DNA of 64,000 nucleotides from Botryllus schlosseri (Eukaryota): positions 2,730,001-2,794,000 of the forward strand of contig CM119378.1 of assembly GCA_051294905.1 (NCBI GenBank), written 5' to 3'. The notes under the pieces were generated by a model. That model did not search any database. It was not told the origin of the DNA and worked only from the letters and a program-made list of their open reading frames with translations. Positions 9,808 to 22,793 of the stretch are shown here, one piece after another (within the stretch, counting starts at the first letter, position 1; every line of letters starts with the position of its first letter). Both the position numbers and the translations under genes were made by a program.

Positions 9808-11801
9808 GCACTAAACAGTGAATTTCACCACGATACGTCAGACCTAGTTACCGCTATGAGGTAACAATGACACAGAGTCCACTTTCTTGCTCGGCGGGAG
9901 TGTGAAGGAGCCACAGCGACACCTTAGGGCCGTACGGCGGCTACAGTCATCAACATCCCAAGTGTCGCGGCCAGACTAATCATATTTTTGGTTGGCCTTG
10001 CAAGTTCACAATCTGAGCAATTCAATTTCGATAATATAACGGAATTTCGATAATATAATGGGAAATTAGCTCGCGGGCTACTCAAAACCTTCTAGCGGGT
10101 CACATATGGCCCGCAGGCCGCGGGTTGCCCACCCCGGGTATAGACAGACACCTTCGATAGTTTTCAGAGCGGAAGCCGGAGCTGGAGCCAGAGCAGTGGT
10201 AATAATGCGGCTCCGGAGCTGGAGCCGGAGCTAATGTACGATAGAAGAAAGCTCCGGAGCCGGAGCTGGAGCAATGCAAATTTACGGCTGCTCCAAAGCC
10301 CTGATTAGCTCATATAACCTCGTAGAAAACGATACTACAATTATAATTTGCATGATAATTTTCTCAGTCACACATTTGAAAAAATCCATAAAAAAAAGAT
10401 CAATTTCGATTTTGAATACGCATAAAATTGAAGAAAAGGTGCATGATTTTGTGTGTACTGCACACTGCACAGTGCACATAAGCGGTTAATTCACAAACAG
10501 TGGTGGCCCGAGTAAGCTCTACTAAGTATAGAGATTAGTGGTTCTTCACGGTGGGGTTCGCTGAGATAGTTTCAGAGACACGCAAGTCCCATACAGCAGC
10601 AGCCACACAGATTTCAAGTAAATATTCATACTAATCCTTTTGATTTATGGGAAAATCATTTTGTTCTGCAAAAACTGTTGTTGATGTACACCAGTGGTTC
10701 TTAACCTTTTTTCCTCCAGCGCCCCCTTTTAAAAATTATCGTGCTCCAGCGCCCCCCCCAACCTCATATTGTAAGGAATGTAATAAAGACAATGAGTAAG
10801 AGGGAGGGCCGTAACAGCACTTCGTCAACCCCCTAAAACCGATTGCCTTGCGCACCCATAGCGTGATAAACCACACTTCTGAGGGCTTCTCCCCCAAGAA
10901 CCCCGTAGCGTGATTTCGATGGTCAGCAAAGTTTGTGTGGACTGATCGCCCTAGGTACCAAAATTTTCTATAATGCATGAATGAATTATAGGTGGTAGTT
11001 ACATACATGCCCCGCTATAAACTTTTTATCCTCTCAGCCCACGAAATCAGATTTACCAGTAGCGCTGAGTGAGCTGTTGTATGGGAAAATAAAGGGCACG
11101 ATATTAATAATTAAACATATTCGGGCGTGCCCGTAAGTACAATTAATTCGTTAGCAGGGACGTAACAACACTTCGTCAGCCCCCCCCCCCCCCAAAAAAA
11201 AAAACGTTGGTCTAGGGCCCCCATCGGGTGATAAAACTAACTTCCGGGGGGCTTCACTTCCAGACCCCTCTTCGGCTATCCGCTATTTGCTGATACTAGT
11301 CATCTACATTGGGTGTCCACTGTCCATTTACTGAGCCAGCTTTTCTCATCTAAACGCGCGAAGCGCGAAAAGTTTCAATAATTAATGATTTAATTGGTCA
11401 ATATGATCGGGAATTGCATGTATATTGATATCAATTTTTATGCTCTCTCTTCTCACGTAAACAGATTTACCGGTAGAGCTGAGTGATGTGTGATTGAAAA
11501 GGTAGGACCCCTCAATAATAATTATACATCTTCGGGCGTATACCCGTTGGCAGGAACGAAACGGCATGCACTTCGTCAGGCCCGCCGAAAAAACTTGGGT
11601 CTTGGGCTCCCATAGGGTGATAAACCGACCGCCCCCATCACGTTGTTCGTTTTGCCACGAAATCAGCTGTACTCTTTATAGCGAGCCAGTGCGAAGTGCG
11701 AAAACTTTCGATAATTCATGATAAAATCGGTCAGTAAGATCGGGAATTCCTTGTCCTCTCTGCTCACGTTACCAGATTTACCGGTAGAGCTGAGTGAGGT
11801 G

Positions 11802-11985
11802 CAATGTCCCCTCTAAGCAGCGCACGTGCGCAGTGCTGACACGGTCTCTGCGCACAGAAAATCTACGTTGCGCACAATAAATCCGAAGTTATGACCTTTT
11901 TTAGTCGTTACGCACTGTTGACCAAGGGTCTGCGCAGTGAGTTGTCGAGTATGCGCAGACTCATCAAAACGTAGAGCGAAGATTG
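11802..11985. mobile_element. Short hAT-type MITE (same family as 33495-33688)
   Basis: CAATGTCCCCTCTAAG left end, degenerate right end, near-TSD (G)TGAGGTG; collinear with 33495-33688. Confidence 0.75.
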
Positions 11986-12193
11986 TGAGGTGTCTTGGAA
12001 ACTGTAGGGCCCGTAACTAATGATTAAACATATTCGGACGGGCGAACCCGTTGATATGACTTCGTTGCATGATGCTATTTCGTGACCTCCTGTCTGTTAT
12101 ATCAAAAAATATAGAATCGCCCAACAGGAATATCTAGTTTTAGATATCCCTGTCGCCCAATCGTACTAAAGTCAAAGACGCACACCTCTTCTG

Positions 12194-14250
12194 CACTGTA
12201 AAAAATAAAAACCTCGATTTACCGCGAAATGTTTGGAAGCACGGTAGCCAGACATTTCGTGGTAATCCAACATTACCATTAGTCAATGTAAATTTAACTT
12301 ACACTCGTCCGGTAATCTCACTTTAAACGCCAGAGTGTAATGTTACAGTCACCTCCGGTCTATCTAATCTACAACTTCTCCTGTACATTTGCGATCGAGA
12401 CTGTCATTTTACCGCCTACCTACCTACATGCTGTCCCTGTAAACCAGGATTACATACCAACTTGTAAATTCACGTACATCCATACCTATCGCAAAGCAAC
12501 CCGATGCAAAAATATCGCAACATTTTCTTCACATCCCCAAAACAACATTGGAACAAACTGTATATTCATTCATGATATCACGATGAGTGGTTATCGATGG
12601 AAAAATATTGCTGCTGGAGGTATAATTCTTCTTTAGGAGACATGCAGTAAAACAAGTGGTCTCAAGAAAACGTGAATTAATTCCAACACCGGCCAAACTT
12701 CCAATTGTTTCTTTTTCTCGTTCTCATTCCTTCTGTGTAAGTAGTATCTTGCAGTTCCACTAAAAAGAATTCATGCGTAAGTCGCTATATAAAGCAAACT
12801 TCCTAACCTCGACAGTGGACATGACATTATAAAGACTAAGACAAATAGGCTAACAAAAATATAACATGTTTTGAAGTACCGGTACTGGCACATTGTGTGA
12901 TGACGGCTCCGCCTTTTACATGACATAGCAGAGATTCATGACTTCATCTCTGTATTGAAGCAAAAGGTTCCTAATTTAAGGTGGCATGTGTGGCAAACAA
13001 ATCCAGCAGTGGATGAAAACATATCTATGCTATGGCCCGAAAATGACATTACCAAGCCAACAGTTTCAACTCCTCCGCAGCGGAGTATGTGGTCACTATA
13101 TAAGTCGACAAATATCCCAAAATAGAACAGAGAATGCGGCGAATGAAATATATCAATCATGAAATCTAAGTCATCGAGGGCTGGTGTGCAGAGTCAGATA
13201 TTCACGGTAACAAATACTATGTACTCTATGTAGTACTGTATTACCTTTTAAGATGCGTATTCCATTCAGCATTCCTAGGAATCTTCAACGATCGTGTCCA
13301 CTTTCTTCAAGCACAACAAGCTTCGCTCCACCCTTTGCTCAAATCTCACTAATGGCCACTGGCCAGACGACACTCGAACGATTTCGAAATAAATGGTATT
13401 CATCCGCTGACACATGACACCAATAATATTTACTGGCCACGGTATAATGTTTGATCTGGGTCGTTTTTTCCATACAGAAACATTTATCATTGCATATAGT
13501 CCCTTTTTTCATCTAATTTCGTATAAATTGATATATATTCCATGTGTTGTTCACTACTTACTGTACTTACCTAACCAGACGCTGCTTGTGATGTCACAGT
13601 TGTGCGTTGGTTGTTTACTACGAATCTCAGAAAAAGCAGTCACCTAATGTAACCTATTACAGGTCGCCTTGTCCGCCATTAACAAATGGTCAGCTGAGCA
13701 TGCGGTGCTGATATTTCTAGTTTCCCCGAGCAATTTTATACATCCTGAACTAATTTTCTAACTTATCAGCCTTATCCGTGACAACGAATGTAACCATGCA
13801 GCGAGACTGGCCGTACAGCCATTGCCTTATAATATAATATGGCTACGGTGTACCACATTAGCTACGATTGTCAGTTATGTCTTGTACCCTACTAAGCTTA
13901 AATTGATACTAGGGCCTACAATTTCGGTATGCCCCAGTCTCGCAAACGGGGTTCAATCAGGTCAAATCACCTCTAGAATGATATATCAGTAACATTCAGT
14001 TCTACGTATATATTGGCTGCAGCGATTTTGAAGCTCATCAATTTTGCCAATAGCCCGGTAAACTGCAGTAACGAGTAACTGTCAGTAATTTTGCGAAGAA
14101 ATTCTGGTAACTTACTTTACAGCTATATTAAGGTAATATTACATATCAAAATGTAAAATGACAAGCTACGCACAGTAATTGGCTGCGACCGGTAATTCGT
14201 GGTAAAATTTACAGGGATTTCACAGTAAATCTACCAGATTTTTTACAGTG
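12194..14250. mobile_element. CACTA/EnSpm-type non-autonomous element
   Basis: CACTGTAAAAAAT...ATTTTTTACAGTG termini, 2-bp TSD TG. Confidence 0.75.
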
Positions 14251-15700
14251 TGGGGTTCATATTGCAAAGACAGGAACATTCGATGCCAGTCATTTAGGCG
14301 CCCATGGACAATTAAACCTATGTCTTTTGTAGGCTATATATAACGAAGTTTTCGGGGTTAATTTGCTCTGAATACTCATTAAGGATATGTCGGATATGCC
14401 CTACCACCACATCATCTACTGCGAAGCCATTTTTCTCCAGCGCCCCCCATACCGCCTCCCTGAGCCCAGCGCCCCCCTGAGCGTTTCCGTCCCCTTCAAA
14501 ATCGCCAGCGCCCCTTGGGGGGCGCTGGAGGCAAGGTTAAGAACCACTGATGTACACTGTACGCACAATACATGAACAGTTTATTTTGCGTACTAGTCTT
14601 TTATAGTAACATATTACATGTGTAATGGGGGTGGTTTGTGTTTTTGTGACAAGGCAAATATTAAGGATTAATCGCGGCCTGCATATTAGCGTTAGGGTTC
14701 GCCAGGTAAGTAAGGTTAACAACCATTAATATAGATATAATGATTATAATATGTAGGCTACTTGGACGGGAATTCGTATGTTTTTAGAATTTGCCCGAAT
14801 AGCAGGTAGATTAACTATTTCCAGTTCTTATTACAGCATCCTCCGTGGAGTTCTGGCTGACTTTTACCAATATTTGTTGTTGATTGGAACGGAACGATAT
14901 GATATAGCAACACAGCGAACTCTTAACCGTTCTGACTTTAAAGCGGTATAATATTTCTCGCTATATTCCATAGGTCTATTTTTTGTGTTTTCAATCACGA
15001 TGAAAAACGTGCCGACGCGACCGGTCGAACTCACGACTATTACCGCGTGAAAACTTTTTTCAAGGAGACATTGTAGACTAGGGGTGTCAAACAAACGTCC
15101 GCGGGTCGCATCCGGCCCGGCAGACGATTTCATCCGGCCTGCGAAGCAATTCTGAGTAGATTGAAGCATTCTTATATTTTCCAGCACATTTGTAATAAAT
15201 GTTGGGATATTTTGCCTAAAATACTTCCATGTTCTTAAGTACCATTAATACCACCCGACTATGGCGTTTTGGTTTCACTCTGGTTACCACTAGTAGCAAG
15301 TCGATGAAATCGGCATCCTATTTCAAGAAGGCAAAAAGTGCACAATAAGCTCAGAGTTTTATACCAATGTGGTCCAAAAAATAGTTATTAACAGAAGCGA
15401 AAACGCCAATGCGGAACTGTTATATGCAGTTTACATGGAAATTTATATTAGCTTCACAAATATATAATTGAAATATCTATGGTCGCACTGATGTGTCACA
15501 TTCGACATGATAGGTCCCCAGACATGAGAGAAACCAGACTCGCGGTGTAATAATAATAAAACAAATTCCAACGTCCAAGTTTCCAATTAAATATATTGCA
15601 TTCCTCACAACGCATATGCGGAGCTAACGCCAGATTACGACAAAATCTATCAAAGTGAGCATAGAATATGACAACTTATATCGTATTTAACGCCACTGGT

Positions 15701-17336
15701 TTAGCGGTTCTTAGCTGTATTCAACCAAACAATCATCGTTGGAACTTCGGAACCCACCTGGAAGGTCACAGTGCAAATACCTTTCACTTTCAGTGGCTTG
15801 TCGCCGTACGCTACGTAAGAGCTATGGTATGCTGAGAGTTTCGGAGAGCCAAAAGTTTTGTACTCAGTCAATCCCACCATGGCTGAGGGTGCAGCAGAGT
15901 CCCACTGTGTCGGCAACAGAATGCCGTTGATGCAGGAGCTGATCCAGAGCTGGTTTCCTAAGCGTCGATATAGTTGATCGAGAGGAGTGGCACTGTGCAG
16001 AAATTAACGGATGTGACCTGTTGCGTGACACTAGGTTAGGTAGACATGCACACAGGTTTGATATGACCATTTACGACCACATTTCTGACATACTGCATGT
16101 CGATATTGACAGTAATTTCTCTGGTGATCGATGAAACAGCGGCTGCAGGATTTCAGTCTTTCTGGGAAGTTGCCCTTGGATGGATTTGGAAGGTTTTCTC
16201 CCCTTTTGACAACTTCGTCATTTTGTTGACGATGGAAGTGTCTTCACCGCTACTCTCGCCCTGGATAACCCTATCAGTTTCCAGCGTTCTCACGTGTGTT
16301 GCGGCTACTTTAAGAACGTCGTCAAGGGATGGATTGGTTTGTGTTAAACAATGCCGTCTCACATCCGCGTGCGGCGTTTCTTTAATGATGAGATCGCGCA
16401 TTAGCTCATCAACGTATAGCTCTGATCACAGCCTGCTCTTGAGCATGTGAAGTTGCAATCCTTGGAGATTCCGCGTAGAGTAGTGATCCAATCGGCATAC
16501 GACTGTCCCGGTTGCATTTTGCAATTGTAAAATTCGTACCTGGCTGCTTGCACATGTATGGAGTCCATGAAGTGTATAGACAACTTCTCAGTCAACTCGT
16601 CGAAGGTTTGCGCACTGACATCAGTAGCACCAAACAAGTTACGTAGGAGCGAGTACGTTTCAGGTCCAACCCATGAGAGTAGACACGCTCTTTTTCACTC
16701 CATGTTGGAAATGCCGTAAATTGCTAAGTTATGGTTGAATCGTTGAAGATATTGGTCCCATTTCTACTTCGTTTTGACGAACGAATCAAATTTGGGAGCG
16801 GTAGCTTCAAATGTTGACGCACTGGGACCCAACCTCTGCGTTAATTGCGATATGGCTTGCTCATGCTGCAGCATTTGCTGCGCCGAATTTTCTTTGTGCT
16901 GAGCATTTTGCTACTTCATATCTTCTTTGTTCTGTGCGCGTTGTTCTGCCATCATTTCCTGCTGCTTCGCTTGAAACTTCAACATACCCGATTCCATGAT
17001 ATATAATCGTCGCAGAAATAACCATGAATCCGACTTCTGACACCAATTGTTATGTTCTTGATCTTTTTTGAACAATAACTCATACGACGAGGTTGCAATA
17101 TGAAATCAGTATATTATCAGCAGAATGACTTTAATACAGGCGACACGATCCAGTATGCATTTGACACGATCCAGAGTGCATTTAAACGAATGACCAGTAG
17201 ACAACAGAACACAGGGTATAAATACAAAGCACGACACACAAGGAAATAATGATTGGCGGTAATTACTAATCCTCGACAAATAAGAAACAAACGATACCAA
17301 CGTAAAATGCACGAACATAACAAATACAACATAACA
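15701..17336 (-). mobile_element. Truncated Gypsy (Mag-like) LTR element: 5' LTR, PBS, decayed gag and protease
   Basis: LTR ~17048-17336 with TGTTATGTT...AACATAACA ends; PBS TGGTGTCAGAAGTCGGATTC (tRNA-Leu type) at 17026-17045; gag remnants (VGPETYSLL, RYEFYNCKMQPGQSYADW..L...C.F, MRDLII); protease INGILLPTQWDSAA; frameshifts present. Confidence 0.85.
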
Positions 17337-17839
17337 AATAGTTTTGGGTAGTGGGGAATGAAGACTCGGAATAAATTTGAAGTGGGGAACGAAGACAAAA
17401 AGGTTGGGAACCACTGCCCTATGATCTGTGTCTTATGCAGAGGTGGCTTTTGGGGTGGGCGAGCTGGGTGGTCGCCCGTCCCCCCGGTCGAAGCCCCCCT
17501 CTTTGGTTTAAGCGCTTTTTCAAGGATTATAGCGAATAAACGTGGAAATCCGTGTCCCAATCAAGAAGATGATTCCGTTCAGATGGGTCAATCATAAAAT
17601 CTCTGCATTTGTTAGATAAGTCCCGTATCCCGATAATCATCAAGTATCGGCATGCGGTAGAGGTACAAAGTTTTGATGTATTCTATCCTTGCAACTATGC
17701 ACTAATAGATATTGCCTTATCGAGCGTCTGGCTCAAACCTTGACGTTGTGTGCTGGCTTATTACTAAAGTCAGCAGATAGCTTTCCAGATTAATGTGGTC
17801 TATTTAGTCTGCAGCAGTTGTATCACTGTTCTATTATTT

Positions 17840-18105
17840 GGGGAAGCGAGTGAAACAGTTGGTTAAACACTGCAGTCACGACACCACTGGTTGCTGGTTC
17901 GAGTCTCGGCTCTGCCATGTTTCTATGTCTCGGAGGTTTATCCTGGCTCCTCGTCGCCGATAGCCGAAATATCGCAGCAAATGATCAGAAAAAGACCGCA
18001 AAGACATTGATGATAATGATAACGCAATGTCCTTGCTGGGCGCAAATGACCAAAGTTGTTTAAAGCGCCAATTATAAGTATATTTGAATAAAACGAACAA
18101 ACAAA
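17840..18105 (+). mobile_element. tRNA-derived SINE
   Basis: Degenerate A box, B box GGTTCGAGTCTC, AATAAA + (AAAC)n tail; paralog at 18139-18519. Confidence 0.8.
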
Positions 18106-18138
18106 CTGTTCTCTTTCTTCGCGCTACATGCCATACGT

Positions 18139-18519
18139 TTGTTTGTTTGTTTTATTCGCACAACTTTAGCGCTTATCGCCTATAAGGTCATTTGCGCCCA
18201 GTACATCAATTTCAGTAATTTCAACGGTCTTTTACGGTCTTTTTCGTCAGATTACGTACGACTACCATGCTCGCGCTCTTCCACCATCAGTCTCTCTCGA
18301 TTTTCATGCGCCCACAACTTAGTCTTTTTGATGCCATCTTTCAGGAGTTCGGCTCTCTCTTCCTCTGGGCTTTTCAAGGCGCTGTAATTACAGCGGGATC
18401 GGCGATGAGGAGCCCAGATAAACCTCCGACACATAGAAACATAGCAGAGCCGGGACTCGAACCAGCAACCATTGGTGTCGTGACTGCAGTGTTTAACCAA
18501 CTACGCCAATCGCTTCCCC
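18139..18519 (-). mobile_element. tRNA-derived SINE
   Basis: Minus-strand A box TGGCGTAGTTGG, B box GGTTCGAGTCCC, (AAAC)n tail; 13-bp TSD ACATGCCATACGT (18126-18138, 18520-18532). Confidence 0.88.
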
Positions 18520-19129
18520 ACATGCCATACGTCTTCAACATGAAGACATGAGCTATGTTTAACTGGGTCACTTCTTTTAAAATTTGACAATGTATGATAA
18601 AAGAAGGCTCAGGAGCCTGAGCAATCAAACATTTAAGCCTGCTTAAAAGCTATGTTGGAGTGTCATACACATGACGTAATTCCGTTTGATATGGCGAACT
18701 AAAGAAGTCAGTAACGATATATGCCAAAGCGGGTCTGGGGGGTGGAGCCCCTCCAGAAGCTGCGATTACATCGTTATGGAGGCTCCCTGGAAGTTTCGCT
18801 CAGTATCCCCCAATCGTAGGGCCACCACTGGTCTTATCTATATATTTAGGATGGTGTGAATCTCTGACAGGTTCAGGTCCGTGTGACCGAGAACCTTTTT
18901 GAAAGGTTCTGTGGGAACGCGAACGTGAACCTCATGACGTCACGTGGCGCCATATTGCTAATTCCAACCCTAGATTTCCGTAAAGTGATAGCCTATATTA
19001 ATTTACACGATACCTAGCGACGACTCGGGCCACATAATGCCGCAATGTTGAAGTACATATTGACGTTTTAGAGGTCGCCAAACGTATCAACTGAGGCAAT
19101 CAAATGATATAATAATCCCATAAAGTCAG

Positions 19130-19615
19130 TAGGGATGGGCAAAATCGAGTACCTGAGTGATTCGATTTTGAATCACCTAATATGCTTCGAGTCGAGTCGA
19201 GTATTCGAGTATCACTCATTATGACGTCATAACAGAATGGAGGATGTCAAAGTTCAAATATGGAACTTTCATGGCACCCGAAAGAATATAATGCCTGTTA
19301 TCCGCCACATTAAAGATACTTTGGTATTTTTTCGACCAGACCGATTTCATTGCACTTTGTGAAAATATTGTGGACTTCGGAAATGTGTTATTTCCAGTAA
19401 CGTTGGTAGTTTAGTACTATATGTGTCGTATGCTGCGATACGGCCATACGGTTTCAAGACTTGCACAGTGGAAAATAGTACCGAAACTATAGGTCTCGTC
19501 CATAAATTACTTTCAGTGGCGAGGAGAGTATAATTTCAGTACTCGAAAAAAATCGTCTTTTACTACTCGACTCGAATCATTAAAATTACTACTCGAATCG
19601 TTATGCCCAGCCCTA
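19130..19615. mobile_element. hAT-like MITE
   Basis: TAGGGATGGGCA...TGCCCAGCCCTA termini with subterminal TCGAGT motifs; TSD degraded. Confidence 0.6.
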
Positions 19616-20293
19616 GTTTTCAGCAATGGTGTGATGACACCGTTTTACTGGGTCTACAAAAGTATGACGTCGCAATATCCGAAAACGAAGGATATCTTAC
19701 CAAGATCATGAAGTCACCTTCGACCAGAGATGAAGTGGACTTAATAATGACTGCTTTCTTTCGCTAATACACACTTTAGAAGAGACGAGATAACAATGTC
19801 AATGCCTATGAGTGTCATGGATGACTGATCATCACAATGTCCATAATCATAGCGGAGTGTACTCAAAGGTGGTGTGGACACTGGACACAGAAAAAAATTA
19901 TTTACTTCACGCTTCACTTGGGTAGTCGCGATTGTTATTTTCGGTCCGTTTTCAGTACTGATTCAGTGCAAAAGCCGGTATTGGTATATGTTGATTTTGA
20001 CGGTGTTTCATATCGAGATGGGTGACAAGATTTTGTATGGTATATTTTAATGATATTATCTAATACTGTACCAAGTTTCAAGGTCCTCACTTCATGATTA
20101 GGGCATAATTTTGTTATCGAAGTCAAGTATGTTATTGTTGATCCGTCTCAAACAGTGATTTAACGCAAACGCCGGTATCGGTATGTGTTGATTTTGACGA
20201 TGTTTTATACCGGGTTGGGTCACATGATTTGGATGTGTTATATCTTGACGATATCATCGAAAATTGTACCAAGTTTCAGGTTTGTCACGCAAA

Positions 20294-21986
20294 TCATGAA
20301 CTCGACTACCGGGGACAATCTGACAGATCCTACGGCTATCTCAAATTACTTCAATGAATATTTTTGCAATGTAGGGCCTAATATCGCCTCATCTATTCCT
20401 AAACCTGCGTCGGCCAGGCCTGAGGTTAGATCAGTATCCCAATCCATCATGCTCGAGCCAGCAACTTCCACGGAAGTGGTACTTGCCATACATGAACTTA
20501 AATCTAACAAGGCAGTTGGATATGATCTAATTCCAGTCTGGTTTTTAAAACTGATAAGCCTACACATCGATCCTCTCATTGCCCATTTTTTCAATTTCAT
20601 GATAGAAAATGGTGTCTACCCGAATTATCTGAAAACTGCCAAGTTGTCCCGGTTTACAAAGCCGGAGATAAAACTAATGTCACCAACTACCGACCTATAT
20701 CTGTCCTACCGTGTATTGGGATTGTTTTCGAAAAATTGCTCCTCTCCCGCCTGTCTTCGTTCCTCGCCAAGATGTCTATCATTTCTCCACAACAATTCGG
20801 CTTCCGCAGAAAACATCAAACCTTGCATGCCCTGCTAACAGTGGCTGAACAGTACTATGACATCTTGGAGAAACGAAGTGTGGGATGTAGCATTTTTCTT
20901 GATCTAAAAAAAGCATTTGACTGCGTCGATCACAGTATTCTTCTCTCAAAATTGGCACGCTACGGGTTCCGGGGTCCACAACTAGAGCTCATGAAAAGCT
21001 ACCTGACTCGGAGATATCAAATAGTTTCGATATCCAACACTTTGTCCTCCCCCCACCTTGTTACCTGTGGTGTTCCGCAAGGCTCTGTTCTTGGACCTGT
21101 CCTTTTTACTTTATATGTCAATGATATCTTTAAAACCTCATCATTGAATACCACACTCTTCGCTGACGATACTCACCTCCTATCTCACGCACCTACTACC
21201 GCAAGCTTGAATGCCGACACCAGTGATCAAATGCCCAAAGTGCATGAGTGGACGTCCCATAATAGCCTTCGGGTTAACGCTGCGAAATCCCAATTATTGG
21301 TCGTGGACTCCTGCGATAACCTAACCGTTGACATCGCTGGCAAACCAATTTCCAACATTAAAAATGCCAAATACCTTGGTGTTTTACTGGATTCGGACAT
21401 GTCCTGGAAGAGTCACATACAATCACTCAAACCACGACTATCGAAGGTATGTGGTCTATTTCGCCGCCTTAGCTACATTCTGCCAGTCAGCGTGTTGTTG
21501 ATACTCTTCAACTCTCTATTCCTATCAAAGTTCCAATACAGAATTCTTTGTTGGGGTGCTGCCTGCAAGAATACAATTGACCCACTGCAAAAACTTCAAC
21601 ATCGGATCATCCGTATCATTGCCAAAGCCCCACGGGGGGCTGGATGTGCAACTGATAAATCACTTCTCAAAAGATTTGGTTTTCTAAACTTAGAAGATAT
21701 GAGGAAGCTAGAAATTGCCAAGTTTATGTATCCGTTCCATTGCGGTCAATGTCCCTCAAATTTCAACGACTACTTCACCTCGGAGACAAAAGCGCACAAG
21801 TACAGCACACGCGCGTCAACGAAGAACAACTACCATATGATCAGGACTGAATACAAGAAAACGCATTGCTCTATCAAGTATGCCGGACCCCAATTGTGGA
21901 ACAGCATCTCGCCGGCTATCCGACAGTCGTCGAGCATGTCCGCATTCAAGTCGAAATACAAGCAATTTCTTCTAAATCAATACTAG
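20294..21986 (+). pseudogene. LINE ORF2 reverse transcriptase, truncated, one frameshift near 20644
   Basis: FNEYFCNVG, KTAK/VPVYK..NYRPISVLP across the frameshift, QFGFR, FLDLKKAFDCVDH, GVPQGSVLGP, FADD, KYLGV, GPQLWN. Confidence 0.92.
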
Positions 21987-22255
21987 CCAGTCTTCAGGAT
22001 TACCGGACCACGACCTAACATCGACCTCGCCCTCCGCCACATGCCACCCCATTTTGTCGCTTGCGTCTTATATTCTCTGCATTACTTTTCATTCAGTGTG
22101 CATGCCTCTTATTTACTTCACCTAGGCTAAGGTGGGTGTCTGATCTTAATGGCTACTCCAAGTTGTTTCGACACCTTCCTATCTTTTCATTGTATCGCAG
22201 TCTTGTCATGTTATTGAAACGATGAAAATATTGATAAACCTGATTGATTGTTGAT
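20294..22255 (+). mobile_element. 5'-truncated LINE of the L2/CR1 group
   Basis: RT ORF below, ~270-bp 3' UTR ending in TGATTGATTG; no endonuclease domain present. Confidence 0.85.
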
Positions 22256-22793
22256 GTTATCAATCATCGCTTGTATTTCCTCCTCGTCCGCTCCTCCTCC
22301 TCCTTCTTCACTCTCACTCCTCGCTCTTCAACCAACGCCTCCATCACGCCCTTTACTCTCTCACTCTCCTCTTTCTCTCCTTTGCTCTATCCCTCGCCGA
22401 CTCTCGCTCTCTAGCAACAAACTCACACATCTCTTCCGCAGCTCACAAATCTAGGAGCAAATCAACATCTCAAGTTTGATTGACAGCCGCTCCCACCTGA
22501 CTCACCTCCACCATCATCTGCCCTCCTGAAGTAGTCCAGCGTAGAGATCCGACAATACTCCGCGCTTTTTGATGTCAATTTGATGTCAATTTGATGTCAA
22601 TGGCAATCGATATATAATTGCCGTGAATGCGCGGGGATAAAAAATTGTGGCACAGAATGTGATGCAATTTCCATTGCAAGATATCTGCTCAGATCGATAC
22701 TGGTTGGGTGTTGAAAATTCTCTGGTAAATCACATCGTATCACTTGCAACTTCTGTACGTGTGCAGTGCACTGTGCAATGTAGTGCAACATAC

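Larger units (their letters stand above)
3941..9945 (-). mobile_element. BEL/Pao LTR retrotransposon, non-autonomous (Gag-protease only)
   Basis: 504-bp TG...CA LTRs (3941-4444; 8190-9945 minus an insertion) that look identical by eye; 5-bp TSD GTCAT (3936-3940, 9946-9950); PPT AAGGGGCCAGGA on the minus strand next to the 3' LTR. Confidence 0.95.
8190..9945 (-). repeat. 5' LTR of BEL/Pao element, split by a 1.24-kb insertion
   Basis: Matches 3941-4444 on both sides of 8565-9816. Confidence 0.95.
3433..10137. mobile_element. hAT MITE (~720 bp) interrupted by the LTR element
   Basis: TIR CAGGGGTGGCCAACC / GGTTGCCCACCCCGG; TSD ATATAGAC / GTATAGAC (7/8); uninterrupted copy at 46294-47012. Confidence 0.88.
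2083..10303. mobile_element. Non-autonomous hAT-type element (outer layer of nest)
   Basis: TIR CAGGGCTTTGGAG...CTCCAAAGCCCTG; perfect 8-bp TSD ATTAGCTC (2075-2082, 10304-10311); subterminal GGAGCC repeats at both ends. Confidence 0.9.
10692..14549. mobile_element. Non-autonomous hAT element with nested insertions
   Basis: TIR CAGTGGTTCTTAACCT / AGGTTAAGAACCACTG; perfect TSD ATGTACAC; diverged internal tandem repeats ~10800-12050. Confidence 0.9.
17438..18830. mobile_element. 8-bp-TSD MITE carrying two SINE insertions
   Basis: CAGAGGTGGC...GCCACCACTG; TSD GTCTTATG / GTCTTATC; same family as 54267-54713. Confidence 0.8.

Noticed and set aside
17840..18519. tRNA genes (also 56174-56250)
   Set aside because: A/B boxes are present but there is no convincing acceptor stem; they continue into SINE bodies with tails, one with a TSD.
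22262..22530. Pyrimidine-rich ORF-like stretch after the LINE
   Set aside because: Low-complexity CT-rich sequence without coding support.
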